A stretch of 64,000 nt of DNA. Origin: Octopus vulgaris (lineage: Eukaryota). This document shows positions 53,553-64,000 of the stretch, one piece after another. The stretch is from positions 18,662,001 to 18,726,000 of the forward strand of contig OX597819.1 of the NCBI GenBank assembly GCA_951406725.2, written 5' to 3'. Below the pieces are notes generated by a model. It saw only the letters and a list, made by a program, of their open reading frames with translations, was not told the origin of the DNA and did not search any database. Made by a program: the position numbers and the translations under genes. The first letter of the stretch is position 1, and each line of letters opens with the position of its first letter.

Positions 53553-54132
53553 AGATTCATTCATTCATTATTCGAGCGTGGTCGAGACAATGTAATTTAC
53601 TATGTTACGGCAAACTTCATGGTCCATTATAGCAGTACGGAGGTCTTGTTGCTGGATGCCTGTATCCCAGGAGATTACATCAGGGTAGGAGAGTGTGCGC
53701 CCTCTGGTATCGCAAGTAGATGGCTTCCAGAAGAGAATAGTAGAAATTACCTCGTTTTCAGCTCTACAACAATGTCCAGCAAAACTGGACTCTTCTACCT
53801 TTCACAAGATATGATACAGGTGGTAGTTTCCCATATATTTGTACTTTGGTTGGATGACGCTTTCACGAGAGATTTTGAGCTCTCATAAGGTGGCGAGTGT
53901 AAGTTCCATCCAACCGCCCTCATGCTTCTTTGATAACGTCCAGGTTTCTGAGCCATATAGTAGAATTGGTTTGACTGTGGCTTTGAAGATTTTCTGTTTC
54001 AAATATCTACTTAGATTTGATGACCAGAACTTATGCATATCATTACAGGCTGACCAGGCCATACCCCTTCCAGTTAGAAAATCTTTTTCAGATAATGATA
54101 TGTATGACCCAAGTTATTTGTAATCAGAAACC
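53553..54132 (-). mobile_element. RTE-group LINE 3' fragment
   Basis: Minus frames DYK*LGSYI..AWSACNDMHKFW..FKATVKPILLYGSETWTL, then FAGHC..WKP..SYPDVISRDTG; (TGAA)n-like tail. Confidence 0.85.
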
Positions 54133-54613
54133 ATATTTAAGACCGTATTGTAATATGCGCCCAGAAAGTACAGAAGCAGTATAGAATACACTGTTTTGGT
54201 CTCCAAAGCGTTATGAAAACCGCTGCAGCTACAGTTGCAGAAGTAGGAATAATAGCCTCGAATGCATTCCAACCGCTGCATTGTATTGCTCACCTCAGTG
54301 GCTAGTGACACTCTGCGGAAACATTTCTTTACTAGCGATGTTCTAAATACAAGGGTCTTCCTCGTCAGTGTTCTACAGGTAACGTGGCATCGTAGAGATT
54401 AAGTCGCATACGAGAGACTTTGTTGTGTGTTAAGGGTGTGTATACCAGTAAAGTATAACTTAATAGAGAATGTAGTTGTAGAGTGCGTTTTAATCGGTAG
54501 TGGCTTATGCACGAGTTTTGTACGGGTGGATGTTTTGGTGTTGGGTATCTTAACAGTGTTTTATTTGGTTAGCAAGCGTGACTATGATGATTGCACAAGT
54601 AGGGAGCTGGTAG

Positions 54614-54835
54614 AAGGCGGCGAGCTGGTAGAATCGTTAGCACGCCGGGCGAAATGCTTAGCAGTATTTCGTTCTGAGTTCAAATTCCGCCGAGGTCGAC
54701 TTTGCCTTTCATCCTTTCGGGGTCGATTAAATAAGTACCAGTTATGCACTGGGGTCGATATAATCGGCTTAATCCGTTTGTCTGTCCTTGCTTGTCCCCT
54801 CTGTGTTTAGCCCCTTGTGGGTAGTAAATAAATAG
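54614..54835 (+). mobile_element. SINE family A monomer with tail 1 (small internal deletion)
   Basis: AAGGCGGCGAGCTGGTAGAATCG...CCCCTTGTGGGTAGTAAATAAATAG. Confidence 0.9.
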
Positions 54836-56336
54836 TAATAGTGAGAAACATAATGCTGGGTGCATAAGCGGTGTGTGTGTGTTTAACCAGTGAATATCAA
54901 GGTTTTGAACGTGTCAGTGGTTAACATCTTATCAAAGAATGAAAGAATTAGGATCTAATTAATTGTGAATGCTTTAGGAATGTCACGTTGCTGTGTTTGA
55001 GAGTGGTGTGGTACTTTCAGTTGGGAGGCTCACGGTGGGTGTCGTAAGAGAGTGCTTACGCAGCGTGTCATAGTAGCGAGTACTTCACTGGTGAGGGAAA
55101 CTATGGAGTGTGGTATAATGGTGTGTGTGCCTAATAACTAATGAATCATTAGTGCGTTTAGCAGAAGGTGTCTTCCGAATGCTAAAATAAATACTGAGAT
55201 CTTTACTGTAACTGAATGGGGAATGAGTTAGTCGTAAGCGAATCAAGGCCGGTTGACTTAATAGTGAACTTGTGAGGGATAAGGTACATGACGTACAAAT
55301 GTATATGTATAAAGGATCTTAATGAATAATGCCTTATTAGTGAGTGCCCGTGTGTTAGTGACCCTTAGTTCTGCAATAGGTTCGCCAACGAAAACTAAAA
55401 TAACAAATAAAATCTTGCAGGAATATCAAAACAATATCAGCTTCCTGTACAGAAAACAAATTTGAAAAGTAGTTCGTAATCTATTCCCAGCTTAAATTTA
55501 AGTTCTATACAATAGAAACAAATAGAAATAATTAACACTAACATATAATTGCTAAAAATGTTGGTAAAAAGAATGAATGAAATCAAAACAATATATAAAT
55601 AATTAAGTGTAAAGAATATCATAAGAAGGAACAGAGATGAAAATGGTAAATCGGAGACGTAAACAACAGCTACAACAACAACAATAATAAGTTCTTGGAA
55701 CAGCGTTGGCAATTTTATTAGAGGTTCTATGAATCTATGAATAGCAAAATTAGTATTTACACAAACACGCGCGCTTGGACACTCACACACACATGTATAC
55801 ATATGGCGATATATGACTATATTTATTTAATCTATCTCGATATATATATGTATGTATGTACACGCGTATAAGTTTATGTACATACATATATATATACACA
55901 CGTATTTATTGACATAGGCGCAAATCTATATATGCATATAGATAGAGACAAAGGCTGAAAGATATAGAAATAACTACTAGCGTGCACTCACAGAGAGAGA
56001 GAGGGGGGAAGAGAGAGGGTGAGAGAGACACAGAGAGAGAAAAAGAGAAACGCACTCACACTTCTGCGCTACGCATTTGTGCCGACGACATCTTCGTAGA
56101 ATCCATCGTCCATTTTCTTCATCAGAAATAATAATAATAATGACCGCACTACATTCTGTAGATAACTTCTAGTTACGTAAACAACTTTCCGTTTTGTTTA
56201 ATCATAACATTTCGTGATGAAAAGATTGTTTGTTGCTTATAATATTTAACTTTGAAATTGTGATTTACACCACTGAGTATGCAATACAATTTCTAAGATA
56301 TTTAATTAATTACTGTTAATTAATTTACCAGGCGAG

Positions 56337-56394
<58 letters not shown>

Positions 56395-56449
56395 TAGAGA
56401 GAGAGAGAGAGATAGATAGATAGATAGATAGATAGATTTACATATATAT

Positions 56450-56544
<95 letters not shown>

Positions 56545-56725
56545 GTGTATGTATGTATATATGCAGAGACTCACGATGAATATAAACGTATTAATGCTAA
56601 TTTCAAATGTAATTCATAACAACAATTATTCTTTATTACGTTAAGAAATATAAATTGGTTTTGTTTGTCACTAATTGTCAGCTAGTAATTTTGAGAGTAT
56701 TGCTGTCTCAAGGAATATAGCTGTA

Positions 56726-56820
<95 letters not shown>

Positions 56821-56993
56821 TTGCGGTTGTGAAACTATGACTATAATATCCGTGGTGTATTGGATTAATGTAGAGGGTTATTACATGACTCGAGAATACG
56901 CCATAGGGAAAAAATGGCCGCTCAAATTACTTATTAATGGCTGCTTTTATACATTGTGTGAATATATAGATACATGCATACATACATACATAC

Positions 56994-57052
<59 letters not shown>

Positions 57053-58094
57053 CACACACATATACATATATTTATTTATATATTTATACATTCATACATA
57101 CGTGCACATACACACAAACGCAGAAACACACACACACACATATATCTAAATATACGCTTATAAAACATTTAGTTATTTCTTAAATATCTATGCATAGAAA
57201 GTCGGAAATATATACGTGAGCATATGTATAGAAACTCCTATTTGCTTATGTCGGTCTTTCAATCTTTCTTCCACGTATTTCAGCACAAACTGACTAAAAG
57301 CTTAGCTGTGCACTATTTTCGTGATAGTTCAAAGAATGGGCTGTTGTTGTGTTAAATTCAAGTAATTCAAAGTATTTGTAAACTGTTCGAATTAAAAGCA
57401 AACCTTTGTTTTGCAATTTCATAATATTTCGAAAGACGGAGATATTCCTTTCTTATAACAGCTTTTGTAATATCACACAATGGGTAATTCTCATATTACA
57501 CATTGAAACATGAATTCTATAATCGTAATACGAAACAGCCATATGAATTTGAAATAGAAATGAGAAAGGCGTGTCATTCATCGCAATGCATTTAAGGGCA
57601 GCCGCATCGGGATTTATTCGCGGTGACCGGAGAGACTGGATACAGCTGTATTCTGTCTAAAATTACTACATCGGGAGATAATTACACGTGTTAATACCTA
57701 GTCGTAAGTTGCTAGTTATATCTGGGGTTATTGGTGTACTAATTGATATGAACGGGTGTCCCCTTTGGCTTCTGAATGCGACGCTTGCTTCCCTTAAGAT
57801 ACATAAAAATTTCGTTTCGAGTTATTTAGGTATTGATAAATTTTATAATCCATCTTTGTACCCATGGGCTGCCAAGTTATGCGACGCTCTCAAAACCAGC
57901 ATTTTGGCACTAATCGCAAATATCGTGGAAGCATGGTTTCTACGAATGTCATGCAGAAACAATGACAAACGGTCAGTTTGGAAAGTTCATTTCAGTTGGT
58001 CAAATATAAAAATTCCAACAAATAGACAAATTATAGGCTGTCATGGAAACATGAAACTGATTGGATAACTTTAGTTGTTTCTTTTTTTTTTCTT

Positions 58095-58290
58095 TTATTT
58101 CTTTCAGTCACTAGAATGCGGCCATGCCCATGCTGGAACACCGCCTTTAGTCGAATAAATCGACCCCAGAACTTATTCTTTGTAAGCCTAGTACTTATTC
58201 TGTTGGTGTATTTTGCCGAACCGCTAAGTTACGGGAATGTAAACACACCAGCATCGGTTGTCAAGCGATGTTGGGAGACAAACACAGACA
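58095..58290 (-). mobile_element. SINE family C 3' half
   Basis: Homologous to 5478-5670; followed on the + strand by (CA)n. Confidence 0.85.
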
Positions 58291-58296
58291 TACAAC

Positions 58297-58330
<34 letters not shown>

Positions 58331-58416
58331 CACATACACACATTCACACACGCGTACACACACGGACAGACACACAGTCACATATACATGTATATATATA
58401 ATTAGATAAATACATA

Positions 58417-58469
<53 letters not shown>

Positions 58470-58494
58470 ATATATATAAATCTTTACTCACTTT

Positions 58495-58690
58495 TACTCT
58501 TTTACTTGTTTCAGTAATTTGACTGCGGCCATGCTAGAGCACCGCCTTTAGTCGAGCAACTCGACCCCAGGACTTATTCTTTGTAAGCCTAGTACTGATG
58601 ATATCGTTCTCTTTTGCCGAACCGCTAAGTTACGGGGACGTAAACACACTACCATCGGTTGTCAAGTGATGTTGGAGGGACAAACACAGA
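58495..58690 (-). mobile_element. SINE family C 3' half (second copy)
   Basis: Homologous to 5478-5670. Confidence 0.85.
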
Positions 58691-59479
58691 TACACAAACA
58701 TATACACGCACAAACGTGTGTGTATATATATATATACATGCAGATGTTAATGTTTACGTGTATGTATCTATGTGTATATGTGTGTATATGTGCAGCACAC
58801 AAATAAGAATATATCAGTACTTTGGAACCAAAGAATGGTTAATGTTATTGTCGTCACATACAGGAAGACACGTTTCACTGTTATACGCTCAAAGAATTAC
58901 ATATGCGTAAACATAAATATAGCCAAATATCCATCCATGTCTACATTCCGAAACTATTTCAAAGCGACAGTCAATCTTGGATGCTCTAAGGAAATAGGAA
59001 GAAATCCGGTGAATCGCCGCGGAAACGACACAAGAGCGTAGGAAATTGCCCAACACGTACAATACAATACAGGTATCAGGATTTAACATAAACATCGTAA
59101 CTGACATAGAAAGTATTTAACATCCGAGTTGGTCCCCCAGCATGGCGGCAGTCCGATCATTGAAACAAGTAAAAGTAGAGAAGGAATTAACTTGATAACT
59201 AATATACACGTATGAGATGGGAAGGCATTATTAGGACATTATCTAATGAAATACGTACGAATGATTATCCTTTAACAAAAGATATGTGCTGCAATAAGGT
59301 GGAGGACATTATGAGATAACATCTCAACGAACAATAGTTGAATACTCTTGTCGAGTCTTCAATAAAATCCTAAGAGAGTTGGCTTAATGATCTAACACTC
59401 TAAATAGATGCATGTATGTATATTTGTATGCACATGCATATGTATATATGAGTCTGGGTATTTGTATACATATACATAG

Positions 59480-59547
<68 letters not shown>

Positions 59548-60270
59548 TTATCTCTCTCCTGGTAGTTTATATATACACAGCTGTTAGCAGGCTGTTAAGT
59601 AGACATACATACATGCATACATACATACATACATACATACATACATACATACATACATACATACATACATACATACATACATACATACATGCATAATTAT
59701 ATATATTATAAGGCGTTCTTGAAATCAGCAGCCGAAAAGATATAAACAGGATATTTAAAATTAGTAAGAAATTATATGCAAGCTGATAGATGAGAAATAT
59801 TGAGTTATCCCAAACGGTTTGTATAATGCGACGTCCCGCAAGAATTCTGGAGTAAATTGAGCCGTGGCACAATGGTTCGTTCCTAATCTAGAGGTGTCGG
59901 AGTTCAGTAAACCGCAAAGATATTATCAAGTGCCAGAAGATCCATGCTCTCAAAACGATGAGGATATTTGATGAGGTTTACTAAGTACGACAAGCGTAAT
60001 ATGCAATAACATCCGCGAAGGCACGCATGCGCACAAGAGTTCTCGTATCCATAGAAGCATACGTGTTTAATGTATACTTAATGTATACACGTGTAACAGT
60101 CTTGTCGACGTCTAAATTCTATTGGAAGAAACTTATTTCCAACCACCCTCGTTGAATTTTGTAGAACCTTTCGCTATAAAAGCCTTTAATTTTGAGACAT
60201 AAAAGAGAGCAATGAAACCTGATGTATATGCTTACAATATTAAAAAGATTCCTCCAGGTGCAATTATATC

Positions 60271-61768
60271 TACAGGGTGCATATGATATTGGACGATAGA
60301 TTTATATTTATAAGAAAAGAAATATCAGAAATACTAAATTTCTAAATCTCTCGTAGAGACATGTACGGGAGTGGGGCGATAGAATGGTTGTATACTGTCA
60401 ATCTAACACGAACGTGACAGTAGGGGGGTACACCACCGCTGTTTTAGCCCTGATGGCTTTGACACATTTAAATGTATATAAGGACACAGGAAAAATGTGT
60501 CAAATCCATCAGGAGGCGTCGATGCTTCCTAGGGCTAAAACAGCGGTGGTGCACCCCCCTACTGTCCCGTTCGTGTTAGATTGACAGTATACAACCAGAA
60601 AAGAAATAGATATATATAATAAGAGATAATAACTTTATTTATCAAACAATGCTATGAGGGTAAAAATAAACCATTTCTAGTATTTTATACTATAAAGCCA
60701 CCTTCAGCTTCAACAACTGTTTCTTTATGAGATATACAACATATACATGCTCGAATCAAATTGTCCTGGTTCATTTTGGACATTAATCTGAGTACGTCAG
60801 CTTTCAAAGAATCTTTATTCTATGGGCGTCTTCATTGACATCTCTCTCAACAACGCCCCACATGTAATAGTCCAATTGATTGAGATCTTGGGAATTTGGC
60901 GGCCAAATGTTAGGGGTTATTGTCACCCATCCATTCCTGTGTTACTAGAGCTATGTGTGATAGTGCAGAGTTTTACTGAAATACATATGACCTTCCATTG
61001 CATACACTGTCTATCCAGGGTTTAACAATTGTTTCCAGGACCACAATGTAGGCGGCAGAGTTAATTCTAAGGCTTTATGGAAAGAAGCAAGGAGGCATCA
61101 TATGTTCTTCAGTGCTGATGATCCCCAAACCCATTGCAGGAAATTTTTTTAATGCATAAAACTTGGAACTTCAGAAAGTTCTGCACATAACTATTTGTAA
61201 TTTCTTCTATTAACTTTTTGATCTTATTCGGATTTTTTCTCGTTTGAGAAAAACCAAACGAAATCTCCTGCTGGATTTTTCAGTTTGTTTAAGAGCCTTT
61301 TAGATCTGATGTAGTGATTTTCTTTTGCTTTTTCTGACAAATTGACCTTTCCACATCATATAAGACTTATAACTGATGTCTTCGTGGACAACATTTCTGA
61401 GTGTTCCTTCTGACACGTGAAGATCTTTTGCAATTGACCTCATGGATTTCTGGGATTACAATTAATCATCTGTTGAAATCGCTGGATAAATTCAAGTGTT
61501 CTGATGGTTTCAGGGCGTTTAGAATGCTTTTTATGATTTGATACTGGTGATATGTTTCTATCTTCAGTCTCTAGCTCCTTACAAACTTTGGCATATTTTA
61601 AAAGTCGAGATATTTCTAAATCGCTGCCTCTTCGTTTCTTGAGTAAGCAGTGTGTCTGCCATTATTATGCTCTGAAACAAAGATTAATCAGAGTTAGCAA
61701 CAAAAAAAAAAAAAACGGCAGCAATGACCCCGAAAAGTTATGCCTTCAAATACTTTACTCACGCTGTA
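60271..61768 (-). mobile_element. Defective Tc1/mariner-superfamily transposon (maT/DD37D-like), interrupted by a MITE
   Basis: Minus frames SDLEISRLLK..RSIAKDLHVSEGTLRNVVHEDISYKSY and ITPNIWPPNSQDLNQLDYYMWGVVE..VEAEGGF; ends TACAGGGTG and CACGCTGTA. Confidence 0.75.
60385..60597. mobile_element. Palindromic MITE-like insertion (~66-bp TIRs, putative 3-bp GAA TSD)
   Basis: TGGTTGTATACTGTCAATCTAACACGAACG...TTTTAGCCCT and its near-perfect reverse complement; GAA on both flanks. Confidence 0.85.
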
Positions 61769-61924
61769 TATCTATATAGATAATGGTTTTACATATCTCG
61801 AGCATTATACATACATGCACGCACGAATACATACAAACTTGTAAACTATATACAAAGCCGAAGTATATAAATACTTGCCTACATATACAACCGAATAGAT
61901 GTATACCAATATATATCTATATGT

Positions 61925-62235
61925 GGATGCGCAATGGCCCAGTGGTTAGGGCAGCGGACTCCCGGTCGTACGATCGCGGTTTCGATTCCCAGACCGGGGG
62001 TTGTGAGTGTTTATTGAGCGAAAACACCTAAAAAGCTCCACGACGCTCCGGCAGGGGGTGGTGATCCCTGCTGTACTCTTTCACCACTCTTTCTCCCACT
62101 CGTTCTTCTGTTGGCCTGCTCTCTTAGCCAGCGGGGTGGCGTCATTCAAAGGCTAAAACAATGCGAACGCATTGTGACCAGCGATGTGTAACAACATCTG
62201 ATGGTCTGGTCGGTCACGTGATGACGTCACGTGAT
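61925..62235 (+). mobile_element. SINE family B, tail 3
   Basis: GCGCAATGGCCCAGTGGTTAGGG...GGTTTCGATTCCC head; tail GCATTGTGACCAGCGATGTGTAACAACATCTGATGG...CACGTGAT. Confidence 0.9.
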
Positions 62236-62244
62236 ATATCTATA

Positions 62245-62457
62245 TACAGGGTGTGGCAGAAGTAACGCCCGTTTGAATTTGAGTTTTCTAATTAAGTTTC
62301 GTTTTTATTTCCTAAAATGTCTGCGATGTTTTTCATTAGTTTATTATTCATTTCTTTAAGTAATGCAATAAATGTATGTTCAATAAAAAAATTACTTAAT
62401 AAACGCTCATATGTAATAAAAGTTATTAAATACAAACAGGTTGTTAATTCTGCCGTA

Positions 62458-62464
<7 letters not shown>
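62245..62464. mobile_element. Tc1/mariner-type MITE
   Basis: Degenerate TIRs TACAGGGTGTGGCAGAAGTAACGCCCGTTTG and CAAACAGGTTGTTAATTCTGCCGTACCGCATA, in TA context. Confidence 0.65.
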
Positions 62465-62524
<60 letters not shown>

Positions 62525-63496
62525 TATATACATATATATATACACACACACATATATATATATATTTATATAGACACATACACATATACATACATAAGAA
62601 TGATAGATATGTGTATATATATATGTATGTGTGTCTGTGTATAAATGTATATATATATATATACACATACACATATACATACATAAGTATAATAGGTATA
62701 TGTATATGTATATGTGTGGGTGTATATATATATATATATATATATACATATATACATGTATATACGAAAGTATTCACTACACGTTTTACAAATATATGTA
62801 AGCAATAAATGGCAATGTTGAAAATAATGATATCCAAAAGCACGAATAATTACATTTCTGTGTCTGCAACTAGGATACGATGAACATACGATGAACATCA
62901 GTGTCAAACAAAAGAACAAAAAAATATGATGCAACATATAAAACAACGTTCATTCTCCACCACCACCACCACCACCGTCCCTTTTCTTTCTTGGTATTAT
63001 GTGTCTTGATAATCCTTGACCTGCAAATGTTCCAGCTGCCCTTGCATTAATCAAGTTCACTTAGTATGCCACGTCCGGATCAGATGTCAAACACATAGAC
63101 CAGCATTAGATGTCAGTTGTGTGCATGAATTTTCTCGACGATAAACGCAGAAATGTTTAGAGCTTATACAGAATATGTTCAAATACGATGCGATTACCTT
63201 AATCTTTTTAAAGCATGTTTCCCGCAGTACATAGTTAAATGCACACATACATACATACATACATACATGCATACATACATACATGCGTACATGCAGACAT
63301 ATACATATGCTTACATGCATGCATTCGTACATGCATACATGCTTACTCGCTTAAATACATACATACAGACAGACATATGCAAACATACATGCACGCACAC
63401 AAGCACACACATTTACGTATATGTATGTATGTCTATCATTTGCAACAGTTCAACGCGATGTGGAGAATCCTGCATATGACAATATGTAAATGTTGG

Positions 63497-63900
63497 AAGG
63501 CGGCGCGCTGACAGAAACGTTAGCACGCCGGGCGAAATGCTTAGCAGTATTTCGTGTGACGCTACGTTCTGAGTTCAAATTCCGCCGAGGTCGACTTTGT
63601 CTTTTATCCTTTCGAGGTCGATTAAATAAGTACCAGTTACGCACTGGGGTCGATATAAAAACGACTTAATCCATTTGTCTGTTCTTGTTTGTCCTCTCTG
63701 TGTTTAGCCCCTTGTGGGTAATAAAGAAATAGGTATTTCGTCTGTCTTTACATTCTGAGTTCAAATTCCGCCGGGGTCGACTTTGCCGTTCATCCTTTCA
63801 GGGTCGATAAATTAAGTACCAGTTGCGTACTAAGGTCGACTTAATCGACTTGCCTCCCCACTTCGCCAAAATTTCGCACCCTGTGCCTAGAGTTGAACGG
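63497..63900 (+). mobile_element. SINE family A dimer (head-body-tail1-body-tail3)
   Basis: Junction GAAATAGGTATTTCGTC at ~63732; 16-bp TSD AATATGTAAAT(G/A)TTGG at 63481-63496 and 63901-63916. Confidence 0.92.
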
Positions 63901-64000
63901 AATATGTAAATATTGGGAATCAAGATCTTTTGGATTGAAAGCAGCATTCGACTTGTTCAAAGGGTTTATTTTTAAACACAGTACTTAGAAGTTATTATTT

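Noticed and set aside
54400-55300. GT-skewed region, possibly an old I-group LINE endonuclease on the minus strand
   Set aside because: Too decayed to confirm motifs by eye

Overview
AT-rich eukaryotic (animal) genomic DNA dominated by microsatellites and transposable-element debris. The repeat families resemble those I recall from octopus/cephalopod genomes; this is an inference, not a search result. No host protein-coding gene can be supported, and most track ORFs are microsatellite artefacts. Recognisable coding remnants: a Penelope-like element (RT C-terminus plus GIY-YIG), an R4/Dong-type restriction-like-endonuclease LINE fragment, a Helitron Pif1 helicase fragment, three Tc1/mariner-superfamily transposons, RTE and CR1-type LINE 3' ends, and one 5'-truncated CR1-group LINE with an uninterrupted 788-aa RT ORF (33500-35866). 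There are more than 20 copies of three tRNA-derived SINE families. Two signals stand out. (i) Several short non-autonomous elements carry minimal type-I hammerhead-ribozyme motifs of the Penelope type, including a composite of tRNA-like Pol III head + (AAT)n + hammerhead tail, inserted together with an inverted copy inside a 14-bp target-site duplication (3742-4452). (ii) One SINE family forms head-[body-tail]n multimers with the same junction at independent loci, and that junction lies at the loop of an extended anticodon-like hairpin. All coordinates were read by eye and element edges are approximate.
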